Source: an uncultured Treponemataceae bacterium (lineage in GTDB: Bacteria; Spirochaetota; Spirochaetia; Treponematales; UBA12059). From it: a stretch of DNA of 37,136 bases. This document shows, one piece after another, positions 28,321 through 36,653 of this stretch. Below the pieces are notes generated by a model that made no database searches, had not been told where the DNA came from, and worked only from the letters and a program-made list of their open reading frames with translations. The number at the start of each line of letters is the position of its first letter. The stretch's first letter is position 1. The DNA is taken from positions 1 through 37,136 of the forward strand of contig CAZKJA010000001.1 in NCBI GenBank assembly GCA_964552925.1, read 5' to 3'. The position numbers and the translations under genes were made by a program.

Positions 28321-29712
28321 TTGGATTACCGTAGGGCCAGGACAGCCGTAGCGTTCGCATCGTGGGTTTTGTCGGGCGCCGCATATGCAGGCTTCATGCT
28401 TGTCGCCATCGTGAACGTCGGCTTTATAGGGACTTCCTTGATAGCGCTCGCGGCCTTCATGATAGTGTTCGCAATCCGGCGCAGGCTCTTTTCCACGCTT
28501 GACGGATGGCTCCGCGGAGTAGTGCTTGGCCGGGGGCCTTCGCGGCAAATGGCGCTTTTTATCGACCGCATCAGGACCTGCTTCACACTGCAGGAGTTTG
28601 TCGCGGCGATAGGCGACGGGCTCGAGCGCGCGCTCGATGCGTCGGCGGTTCTGATACGCAGCAATACCTGGGAAATCATGTATTCGAGCCCGGCGGCCTT
28701 GACCGCCGACCCGGGACTCGTCCCTGTGCTCAAGCGCAATTTCCGCGAACTGTCCGAAGGCATGGTCTTTGTCGACGACAAGCTCAACCTGACGGTAAGC
28801 AACGCCGGGGCCCGCGGTTTCTTCATGTTCTGCAAAGGCTATTATTTCTTCGTGTTCACCCGCGTCTGCCCGTACATCGACCAGGACCACTTCCGCGTGC
28901 TGTATGGCGAGCTCCTGATATTCTTCGACCGCGTGCTTACGGTCTCCCGCCTGTTCGAGATAGCCGCGCTCACCAAGGAATGGCAACAGATAGCCGAGAC
29001 GCAAAAAACATTCCTGCCGGAGATGCTCCCCGAGCAGCCCAAGCTATCACTGGCCGCGTACTGGCGTCCCTTGGTCAACGTGTCCGGCGACTTCTACGAG
29101 GCCCTGAGGCTCGACGACGACAGGACCCTGCTCGTGATGGGCGATGTATCGGGCAAGGGGCTCAGCGCCGCGCTGGTGATGGGAATAGTCATCAATACTA
29201 TACGCGCCTCCAGCGACAAGAGCGACCTGGCTGCGTTGGTCAAGGCCTGCGACGCGGCGATCCGCGGCATGGGCTTCGAGGACAAATATACTGTGATGTT
29301 CCTCGGCCTCGTCGATGTCAAGCAGAAACGCTTCCGGTACGTGAACGCGGCGATGTCAGAGCAGTTCATCGTCGCGAGGACGGTCAAAGGCCCGGCAGTA
29401 AAACGGCTCGAATCGAATTGCGGCATCGTGGGGCTGGTGCCGGTCGATACCGTCGAGGTCGAGGATATTGAGCTGCGAACCGACGACGTGATAGTGCTGT
29501 CCACCGATGGCCTTACCGAGCTGGAAAACGCCGCCGGTGTCGTGCTCGATGAATCATTGGAATTCAGGCGCCTGATGGACGCGGCGCTGGATATAAGCAT
29601 CGACGAACTGGTCGACCGCCTGGCGACTCTCGGCGAGACGTACGTATCCGACAGAAAGCTGCGCGACGACATAACGATCCTCGCCGCGAAGGTGGGACGC
29701 TTATGGGACTGA
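28321..29712 (+). CDS. membrane-anchored PP2C-family (SpoIIE/RsbU-type) serine phosphatase
   Basis: N-terminal TM segments, a central uncharacterised domain, then SpoIIE-domain motifs SGDFYEAL, MGDVSGKGLSAAL, LSTDGLTE and RDDITILA. The TTG start lies 8 nt after GAGGAG. An alternative ATG exists at 28396. Confidence 0.8.
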   Translation: MDYRRARTAVAFASWVLSGAAYAGFMLVAIVNVGFIGTSLIALAAFMIVFAIRRRLFSTLDGWLRGVVLGRGPSRQMALFIDRIRTCFTLQEFVAAIGDGLERALDASAVLIRSNTWEIMYSSPAALTADPGLVPVLKRNFRELSEGMVFVDDKLNLTVSNAGARGFFMFCKGYYFFVFTRVCPYIDQDHFRVLYGELLIFFDRVLTVSRLFEIAALTKEWQQIAETQKTFLPEMLPEQPKLSLAAYWRPLVNVSGDFYEALRLDDDRTLLVMGDVSGKGLSAALVMGIVINTIRASSDKSDLAALVKACDAAIRGMGFEDKYTVMFLGLVDVKQKRFRYVNAAMSEQFIVARTVKGPAVKRLESNCGIVGLVPVDTVEVEDIELRTDDVIVLSTDGLTELENAAGVVLDESLEFRRLMDAALDISIDELVDRLATLGETYVSDRKLRDDITILAAKVGRLWD

Positions 29713-31823
29713 CGCTCTACACCTTCCTCGCCGTCGTCCTCATGGTGGCGCTTGCCCTCCGTGCGCGGGGGAGAGGGATTTCCGTATGGGTATTCCGCGT
29801 GGCCGCCTTCCTGAGCATCGTGTACGCGTTGGCGATCGCGGGCGGGTACATTTATGCGGGTTACCAACGCGGCGTGGCTACCATGCTGATCCGGTTAGGC
29901 GGGGCTTCCGCCGCTATCGCTTACTTTTTCTTCATCCGCTTGGCTTTGGCGTATCCCAAGGCGATACGACTTAGCATCCTCGATATCGCCATACCCCTTC
30001 TTTTGCTGGCCATAGGCATGACCGATATCTTCGTGCTGGATGTACGCAGGATACTGCTTGACTTCGTGATTTTCGAGAGCCGGTACTTCTCTGTCATAAC
30101 GATTGCCGGATTGGCTTCCGGACTCGCCGCCGCAGTAATTACCGTCGTCCGGTCATTCCGGATGCGGAACCGCGTTTTCCGCCAGCAACTTTTTCTGGTT
30201 TCCATCGGCCTCGGTATGTGGGCCATCTGGAGCTTTGCTTTCACGCGCATGAGCCCGCTCCTCGGATTCGGCGCCGTTTATCCGCTGTCCGCCTTGAACG
30301 GATTGTTCGTTGTGGCGGCTTTTTCCTACTCTTTTTCGTCGACGCGGACTTTCCAGGTTCTGGCTCTTTCAAAGGGCTTGCTTGCCTGGGTCGTCGTGTT
30401 GCTGCTCTTTGGCGTTCCCGCCAGCCTCGCCACGGGAACAGTCTACATTTTCCGCGATATTTCACCGGCCGTTGTCATCATCGGCTCCTTCCTCGTATTA
30501 GTCGTTTTGGGCAGGTGGGCGGAACGTTTCGCGCGCGGCAGGCTGGGAATAGAGCGCAACGAGGCTGCGCGGGAAGATCTTGAAGCGGCGATAGCCCACC
30601 TTGACCTGTCGTCGGGCCGCGAAGCGGTACTGGTAGAATTGGACACCATCCTGAGCTCTTCCTTCGATTGTTCCTGGTTCCAGGCATTGTCGGAGAATGA
30701 GGAGGGCGACCTCGTACGCGTCCATCCCGACGATGAAACCGTCATAACCGTCGCGGGTTCGCCCCTGATGTCCGCCTTGGCCTCCGCGGGAAGGAGCGTC
30801 ATCCTCCGCGCGGAACTCGAGGCCGACGCCTCGCTGGAAGCGTTGAAGGCGCCCTTGGCGGCATTTTTCGACACGTTGGGCGCGGAAGCCATAATAGTGG
30901 CCATGGAGGGCAGGCGCCTGGTCGGTGTATTCGCCTTCGGCCCCAGGAAATCCGGGGCGGACTACGATGCCGTGGATTATGAGACCTTCGCCGCGATCCA
31001 CGGCAAGCTGTTCGTCGTGGCGTATTACGCCCGCCATGTCGCGCGCGAGTCGCTTCTGCAGACTGTGGAAAAGGAGATAGGACTCGCCGACCAGGTCGTA
31101 CGATCGATCCAGAAGCACATAGACCCTATCGTGTACCCGGGCGCCGACGTAGCATTCCGTTGCGAATCGCCGCGCAGCCTCGGTGGCGACCTCTTTGATT
31201 CCGTCCGCATCTCGGCCCATCGATGGTTTTTCGTCGTCGGCGATATTTCCGGCAAGGGCCTTAACGCGAGCATGTCGATGATAATCCTGAAGTCGATGAT
31301 ACGTACCCTGCTCAAGGAAGAGAAGGATTTCATAAAGCTTGTAGCGAGGATCAACCGGTTCATAAAGGAACGCCTGCCCCGCGGTACCTTCTTCTCCGGC
31401 TTATTCGCGTTCCTCGCCTTGGACAAGGGCGCCATGTACTTCATCAATTGCGGCATCCCCGCCATGTACTTCCGTTCGCCCGGGCTCGATTCGGTGATGG
31501 AGGCCCAAGGCGAAGGCAAGATGCTGGGTTTCGTGCGCGACGTGGAACCGTATCTGAAGACGCGCAAACTCGTCCTTCCACCAGGTTCGCGGGTGGTGAT
31601 CAGCACGGACGGCATACTCGAAGCCGAGAGCGTCCGCGGCGAGCGCTACGGCAAGGAACGCCTCGCGCGCGTCATCGGCGAAAACAAGGGCGCCTCGCCG
31701 GCGGAAACTGTCGATGCCATAGTCAGGTCGGCGGGCTCGTTCGCCGGCGGCAAACTCGATGACGATATTACGGTTGTCACGATCGACTGGAACGGCCGAT
31801 CTTCGGGAGAGGGGAAAAAATGA
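29703..31823 (+). CDS. polytopic membrane sensor PP2C-family (SpoIIE/RsbU-type) serine phosphatase
   Basis: About 280 aa with 8-9 hydrophobic helices, a GAF-like middle region, then GGDLFDSV, VGDISGKGLNASM, ISTDGILE and DDDITVVT. ATG 29703 overlaps the upstream stop by 10 nt. Confidence 0.8.
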   Translation: MGLTLYTFLAVVLMVALALRARGRGISVWVFRVAAFLSIVYALAIAGGYIYAGYQRGVATMLIRLGGASAAIAYFFFIRLALAYPKAIRLSILDIAIPLLLLAIGMTDIFVLDVRRILLDFVIFESRYFSVITIAGLASGLAAAVITVVRSFRMRNRVFRQQLFLVSIGLGMWAIWSFAFTRMSPLLGFGAVYPLSALNGLFVVAAFSYSFSSTRTFQVLALSKGLLAWVVVLLLFGVPASLATGTVYIFRDISPAVVIIGSFLVLVVLGRWAERFARGRLGIERNEAAREDLEAAIAHLDLSSGREAVLVELDTILSSSFDCSWFQALSENEEGDLVRVHPDDETVITVAGSPLMSALASAGRSVILRAELEADASLEALKAPLAAFFDTLGAEAIIVAMEGRRLVGVFAFGPRKSGADYDAVDYETFAAIHGKLFVVAYYARHVARESLLQTVEKEIGLADQVVRSIQKHIDPIVYPGADVAFRCESPRSLGGDLFDSVRISAHRWFFVVGDISGKGLNASMSMIILKSMIRTLLKEEKDFIKLVARINRFIKERLPRGTFFSGLFAFLALDKGAMYFINCGIPAMYFRSPGLDSVMEAQGEGKMLGFVRDVEPYLKTRKLVLPPGSRVVISTDGILEAESVRGERYGKERLARVIGENKGASPAETVDAIVRSAGSFAGGKLDDDITVVTIDWNGRSSGEGKK

Positions 31824-32149
31824 CCGGCATCAGCGTGGAGGCTTCGATTTCAGGCGCATGGACCGTGCTCTCCGTGCACGGGCCGATCAACAGCTATACG
31901 TACAACGAACTGCAGGAGAAGATGCAGAGCCACGCGGGACGCGTCGATATCGCGGTGGACCTGTCGGGCGTCAATTCGATGACAAGCGCCGGAATAGGCG
32001 TGATGCTGGCCGCGCTCGAGGACGCGGAGGCGGTGGGCAAGCGCTTCTGCTTCATCGCGCCTTCGGAAATTGCGCGTCTCGCGATGGAATCGACCGGCTT
32101 CGCCGACAGGTTCCCCACCGTTTCCTCGGCCAAGGATCTGCCGGCCTAG
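31820..32149 (+). CDS. STAS-domain anti-sigma-factor antagonist (SpoIIAA/RsbV-like)
   Basis: 109 aa. VDLSGVNSMTSAGIGVMLAAL aligns to the SpoIIAA LEDLSFMDSSGLGVILGRY segment, and Ser56 (codon 31985-31987) falls at the phosphorylatable-serine position. ATGA overlap with the upstream phosphatase gene. Confidence 0.85.
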   Translation: MTGISVEASISGAWTVLSVHGPINSYTYNELQEKMQSHAGRVDIAVDLSGVNSMTSAGIGVMLAALEDAEAVGKRFCFIAPSEIARLAMESTGFADRFPTVSSAKDLPA

Positions 32150-32167
32150 CCTGGCATAGGCAAACCG

Positions 32168-32623
32168 ATGGCAAAAACCGTATCTCCGACCCATCTTGCC
32201 AAGGCGGAGATATGCATACAGCCTGGGCCGGACGCCTTCGACCGATACGACGCCTTCGTGCGCTCGCTCCCGTTCCTCTCGACTACTGAGACCTGCGCCA
32301 TGATAATCGCCGGCGACGAGATATTAGACAACCTGCTGACCCACGGCGAAACCGGGCCTTCCGGTGTGATGGCGTGGGTGAGGAAGCGGGCTTCCGGGTT
32401 GACCCTCGTGTTGCTCGTCGAGTCGCACGAACGTTTTGCCAGGTTCGCCGCCAAACTGGATAGCGAACCGGATGTCGAACCGCGCTTCGACAAGCGCGAC
32501 AAGCGGTGGCACGGCCTCGGCCTGAAAATGTGCCGCAAGCTCGCGGCCAAGGTCAGCTACAGGCCGGGCCTGACCCGCGACGGGGTGATCCTTACATTCA
32601 CGACTGACCGGTCAGCGCCTTGA
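32168..32623 (+). CDS. divergent GHKL-type anti-sigma-factor-like serine kinase (RsbW/SpoIIAB-like)
   Basis: 151 aa located directly after the STAS gene. N-box-like GDEILDNLLTHG and G2-like RWHGLGLKMCRKLA are present, but a DxGxG G1 box is not recognisable. Confidence 0.55.
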   Translation: MAKTVSPTHLAKAEICIQPGPDAFDRYDAFVRSLPFLSTTETCAMIIAGDEILDNLLTHGETGPSGVMAWVRKRASGLTLVLLVESHERFARFAAKLDSEPDVEPRFDKRDKRWHGLGLKMCRKLAAKVSYRPGLTRDGVILTFTTDRSAP

Positions 32624-33575
32624 TGTAGTGCAGCCGGCCGTACAGTTCGGGGTGCTCGGAGTTGCGCCTTGCCAGGCGTCCGCGCAGGTCTGTGAGGCGC
32701 TTGACGCCATGCGAGTCCATCCACGCGTTCATCTCGCCTACCACCGTCCCGATGGCGCCGTAACCCTTGGCGTAGACCGCCGAGCACAATTGTACAGTGC
32801 TGGCGCCGACCGCCATCAGCCTGAGGGCGGTCGCGCCGTCGTAGACGCCGCCGGATGCGCACAGTTCCGCGCCGACGCGTCCTTCGAGCATCGCTATCCA
32901 GCGGAGGCTTTCGTGGTACGCTTCGGGACTGCTCCGCGTCGGACCCGCGGCCATCGTCATCGAGTCGAGGTCCACGTCCATGCGGTAGAAACGGTTGAAC
33001 AGGGTCAGGGCTCCGGCGCCTGCTTTCGCGAGTCGGGAAGCCAGGTTGCCGACGTTCGTGTATGAGGAGCCTATCTTGGCGCACAGCGGGATCTTCACGG
33101 ACCCGCGGACCGAGGCGACAAGCGCGACGAGCCTGTCCTCGATCGCGGCCGGGGCCAATGCGGGGTTTGAGGGCACAACCCCAAGGTTGAGTTCGAGGGC
33201 GCTCGCGCCCGCGCCTTCCATCCTGACTGCGTACTCGGTCCACGCGGAGTCCCCGGAGCAGTTGACGCTTGCGATGATAGGCACATCGGTAGCCGCGCGC
33301 GCATCGCGGATCAATTCGAGATACTCGTTGGAGCCCTCGTTCATACCCATGCCGGCGAGGAATGCGTCGGATTCCGGATGCATTTCCATCTGCTCGGAAA
33401 CCGGGGACAGTTCGGCCCTGAGCTGTTCCTCGAAGAGCGACTTGAGGACTATGGCGCCGGCTCCGGCTTCGGCGGCGCGTTTGACCCCCGAGGCGTTCGA
33501 ACTGAGTCCCGACGACGCCAATATGATCGGGTTCTTAAGGGTCAACCCGAGAAACGACACGCTTAGATCGGCCAA
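32598..33575 (-). CDS. dihydroorotate dehydrogenase-like flavoprotein (class 1 DHOD/DPD TIM-barrel family, function unclear)
   Basis: FLGLTLKNPIILASSGL...GAGAIVLKS...ALELNL...GALTLFNR...ASGGV fits the DHOD/PreA fold pattern. The TTG start (33573-33575) lies 6 nt after AAGGAG on the minus strand. Confidence 0.7.
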   Translation of the reverse strand: MADLSVSFLGLTLKNPIILASSGLSSNASGVKRAAEAGAGAIVLKSLFEEQLRAELSPVSEQMEMHPESDAFLAGMGMNEGSNEYLELIRDARAATDVPIIASVNCSGDSAWTEYAVRMEGAGASALELNLGVVPSNPALAPAAIEDRLVALVASVRGSVKIPLCAKIGSSYTNVGNLASRLAKAGAGALTLFNRFYRMDVDLDSMTMAAGPTRSSPEAYHESLRWIAMLEGRVGAELCASGGVYDGATALRLMAVGASTVQLCSAVYAKGYGAIGTVVGEMNAWMDSHGVKRLTDLRGRLARRNSEHPELYGRLHYIKALTGQS

Positions 33576-33629
33576 TTTCGGCTCCTTGTGGATGGAATAC
33601 GGCTACTGTCCGTCACCCTCATTATACGG

Positions 33630-35276
33630 TTAGAGGGACGACTCGGCAAATGGTATCGTAGCCCGGTTCTCCGCGATGATGATGATCCCATTCGCGGCCA
33701 GCGTAAAGGATCCCGCCTCGAGTGTCGTGCCGGCGGTACCGGCGTCGCCCGCGAGGATGGTGCCGGCCCGGACCTGGATGTTCGCGGCGCGGGCGGAGAA
33801 GTTAAGGTACACCGACACGTCGCCGCCTATCGTGGCGCCGCCCTCATCGAGCCGCCGCCGCCATGCCATCACGCCCGGGGGAGACTCCAGCCATGACAGA
33901 TTGCCGGTGATCAGGGCCGGCTGTTCCTTCCGCAGGCGCAGGAGCGAGGCGTACCAGTTCCACAGGGAAAGCGGATCGGCCTTCTGCGCGGCTACATTCT
34001 TGTACCGGTAATCCGGGTTGACCGGCAGCCATGGTTCGGTTTCGCTGAAGCCGGCGTTGGCGGATCCGTCCCATTGCATTGGCGTGCGTTCCGGATCCCT
34101 GCCGAAGGGAAGGGGCCATGTCGACAGCCCAAGCGGGTCGCGCAGCCGGGAGCGGGGCACGCGTCCGTTCCGCATGCCGAGTTCCTCGCCGTAGTAGAGG
34201 AACGGCGTGCCGCGCAGGCACAGGAGCATTGCCGCGGCGAGCCTGGCGCGGCGCTCCGCGGCTGCTCCCCGGCCGTAGCGGCCGTAATGCCTGCGCTGGT
34301 CGTGGTTGGAGAGAGTGAAGTTGGGCCAGGCTCCCTCGGGCAGGAATCTGTACCATCGTTCAGCACCCAGTTGGAAGGATTTCGAGCCCCATGGCCGGAA
34401 CAGGAAGTCGAAGTTGAAGGCCATGTGCAATTCGTCGTTGTCGTGGCCGTGGCAGGAGGCGGCAAGCGCCGGGTCGATGCCGTGGGTCTCGCCTATGAGC
34501 ACGCGGTCGCCGTACGAGTCGGCCAACGCGCGGAACTCCTTGAAGACGCCGTGCACCTCCGGCCTGTTGCGGTCGTAGACGTGACGCTGGAAAAGGTCCG
34601 GCACCGGCCGCAAGCTCCTCGGGTTGGAGCGGAACTCCTCGTCCTTGAAATACGCGGTAGCCACGTCCATCCGGAACCCGTCGGCGCCGAGGTCAAGCCA
34701 GAACCTCGCCGTGTCGAATACCGCCTGCCTGAGACCGGGGTTGCGCCAGTTGAATTCCGGCTGGTTGCGCGTGAATGTCGCCAGGTACCACTCGCCGGTA
34801 GCCTCGTTGGGGTACCAGGCGGAGCGCTGCTCGAAAAGGCTTATCCAGTTGTTCGGAGGGCGCCTGCCGCGTATCGGCCGCCATATGTACCAGTCGTGCT
34901 TCGGGTCGTCCCTGGACGAGCTGGCCGCCTTGAACCATGGGTGCTCGTCAGACGAGTGGTTGACAACCAGGTCGATGACTATGCGCAGGCCCCGTTCGTG
35001 CGCGGCGGACAGCAAGTCCTTGAAATTTGCCATCGTCCCGAACATCGGGTCAACGTCGAGGTAATCGCTTATGTCGTACCCGAAGTCCTTCATCGGACTT
35101 CTGAAAAACGGGCTTATCCATAGCGCGTCGACGCCGAGGTCGCGGAAATAGTCGATGCGTGCGGTGATGCCGGGCAGGTCGCCTACGCCGTCGCCGTTGG
35201 AATCCTGGAAGCTGCGCGGGTAGACTTGGTAGAACACCGCCTTGCGCCACCACTGCGTATCCTTGCTGTCTATCAT
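33630..35276 (-). CDS. GH13 alpha-glucosidase / oligo-1,6-glucosidase-type hydrolase
   Basis: WWRKAVFYQVYPRSFQDSNGDGVGDLPGI, DLVVNHSSDEHPWF, GFRMDVA, IGETHG and LSNHDQRR are GH13 conserved regions I-IV. Start moved to ATG 35274-35276 (MIDSKD), which forms an ATGA overlap with the ferredoxin stop. Confidence 0.9.
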   Translation of the reverse strand: MIDSKDTQWWRKAVFYQVYPRSFQDSNGDGVGDLPGITARIDYFRDLGVDALWISPFFRSPMKDFGYDISDYLDVDPMFGTMANFKDLLSAAHERGLRIVIDLVVNHSSDEHPWFKAASSSRDDPKHDWYIWRPIRGRRPPNNWISLFEQRSAWYPNEATGEWYLATFTRNQPEFNWRNPGLRQAVFDTARFWLDLGADGFRMDVATAYFKDEEFRSNPRSLRPVPDLFQRHVYDRNRPEVHGVFKEFRALADSYGDRVLIGETHGIDPALAASCHGHDNDELHMAFNFDFLFRPWGSKSFQLGAERWYRFLPEGAWPNFTLSNHDQRRHYGRYGRGAAAERRARLAAAMLLCLRGTPFLYYGEELGMRNGRVPRSRLRDPLGLSTWPLPFGRDPERTPMQWDGSANAGFSETEPWLPVNPDYRYKNVAAQKADPLSLWNWYASLLRLRKEQPALITGNLSWLESPPGVMAWRRRLDEGGATIGGDVSVYLNFSARAANIQVRAGTILAGDAGTAGTTLEAGSFTLAANGIIIIAENRATIPFAESSL

Positions 35277-35584
35277 GCTTGCCCCGTTCCGGCCAGGCTC
35301 AGGATGGCCTCGAGGGATAGGTCCGTCCCCGCCCTGGCCTGGCACGCCAGGCGTACGCCGGGACCGGCTCCGACGGCATCCAGCCTCAGGCGCTCGCGTT
35401 CCGTGACCGGGCTCAGCTTCCCCGAAATGACGCGCACGCGGCAGGTACCGCACAGCGCCTTGCCCCCGCAGTCGTGGCGAAGCGCCGCTCCAGCGCGCTG
35501 GGCAGCGACGAGGATGGTGAAGGCCGGCGAGACGTCCAGACTAGTCCGCTTCCCGTCGGCGCACAGCAATTCTGCCTTGGCCAT
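35273..35584 (-). CDS. small [2Fe-2S] ferredoxin-domain protein
   Basis: 103 aa with the cysteine pattern C-x5-C-x2-C-x32-C (DCGGKALCGTCRV...RLACQA). The ATG overlaps the upstream GGDEF stop (TGATG at 35582-35586). Confidence 0.8.
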   Translation of the reverse strand: MAKAELLCADGKRTSLDVSPAFTILVAAQRAGAALRHDCGGKALCGTCRVRVISGKLSPVTERERLRLDAVGAGPGVRLACQARAGTDLSLEAILSLAGTGQA

Positions 35585-36633
35585 CAGTGCGCCGCCGTGG
35601 TTTTGTTCCTGCCGTTCTGCTTCGACTGGTAGAGCGCCTTGTCGGCCCTGTCGATGACGGCCTTGGCCGACATATCGCGGTTTTGGTCATAGACCGCTAC
35701 GCCCAGCGATATCGTGATGTGCATGGACTGAGCTTCATACTCGAATACCGTGGACTCGATGCTTTGCCGTATGCGTTCCGCGACCCGCATGGCGGATCGA
35801 AGGTCGGTATCGGGCATCAAAGTGCAGAATTCCTCGCCTCCGTAGCGGGCTGCAACGTCGACCGACCGTATCTGGTTCTGGATAAGCTTGGCCACCCGCT
35901 TGAGTACTTCGTCACCGCAACTGTGACCGTAGGTGTCGTTGAATTTCTTGAAAAAGTCGATATCGCACATTATCACCGACAATGGCTTCCCGGAGAAAGC
36001 GCTCTCTTCCATCTTGTCTATGAGCGCCGTGTAGAAATAGTGCTTGAGGCGGAGCTTCGTCATCATGTCGGTAGTCGTCATCTCGAACAGGAAGGCATTG
36101 TTTATCGCGATCGAGGCGAGTATCGCTATGTCGAACAGGTATTCCTTTTCGTACGCCGTGAACTCATTCGCTTCAATCTGCTCGCCAAGGATTATAAGGC
36201 CGTTGACCACTCCCTTGGCCTTTAGAGGCACGACCAGGCAGGGATCCAGCGATTCCAGCGATTCAAGCCCTTCGAGGTTTCCCAGCCGCCGACGGAGTTC
36301 CGTCAAGGTCCAGCAACGCGTCTCCCTCGCGAATAATCGCATCGCCTGCGCATCTTCCGCGATGCTGTAGTCCAGCTCGTGCTCTATCTCGAAGCCTTTG
36401 TAATTCCTGTGCAGGTTGAATCGGGTTGAGTCGATGCCTTTCTTTGCGTAGAGCGCCGCCTTGAGCACCTTCATCTGTCCCATGATAGTGTACAGTATGG
36501 ATTCTATGAGGATGTTGTAATCGAGTGTCGAGTTGAGGCTTTTCGATATCTCGAACAACTGCTTGAGATCGAAAATCTGTTTTTCGTACTCTTCCGCGAG
36601 AGGATGTATATCGACTTTTTCCTCTGGGCCCAT
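35584..36633 (-). CDS. GAF-domain diguanylate cyclase (GGDEF)
   Basis: N-terminal GAF-like region (LFEISKSLNSTLDYN...GLIILGEQ). The GGDEF domain has RSVDVAARYGGEEF (I-site plus active site) and KALYQSKQNGRN. Start moved to ATG 36631-36633. Confidence 0.85.
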   Translation of the reverse strand: MGPEEKVDIHPLAEEYEKQIFDLKQLFEISKSLNSTLDYNILIESILYTIMGQMKVLKAALYAKKGIDSTRFNLHRNYKGFEIEHELDYSIAEDAQAMRLFARETRCWTLTELRRRLGNLEGLESLESLDPCLVVPLKAKGVVNGLIILGEQIEANEFTAYEKEYLFDIAILASIAINNAFLFEMTTTDMMTKLRLKHYFYTALIDKMEESAFSGKPLSVIMCDIDFFKKFNDTYGHSCGDEVLKRVAKLIQNQIRSVDVAARYGGEEFCTLMPDTDLRSAMRVAERIRQSIESTVFEYEAQSMHITISLGVAVYDQNRDMSAKAVIDRADKALYQSKQNGRNKTTAAH

Positions 36634-36653
36634 ATATCCCCACTTCCCGTCCG

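Noticed and set aside
32598-32623. 26-nt convergent overlap of the RsbW-like and DHOD-like gene 3' ends.
   Set aside because: Short convergent overlaps are common in compact GC-rich genomes. There is no hairpin or other signal within the overlap to suggest antisense regulation.
36246-36263. Tandem 9-bp duplication CCAGCGATT x2, giving LES-LES in the GAF-GGDEF protein.
   Set aside because: It is an in-frame, two-copy microduplication inside a linker. It is too small to interpret and is probably a neutral replication slip.
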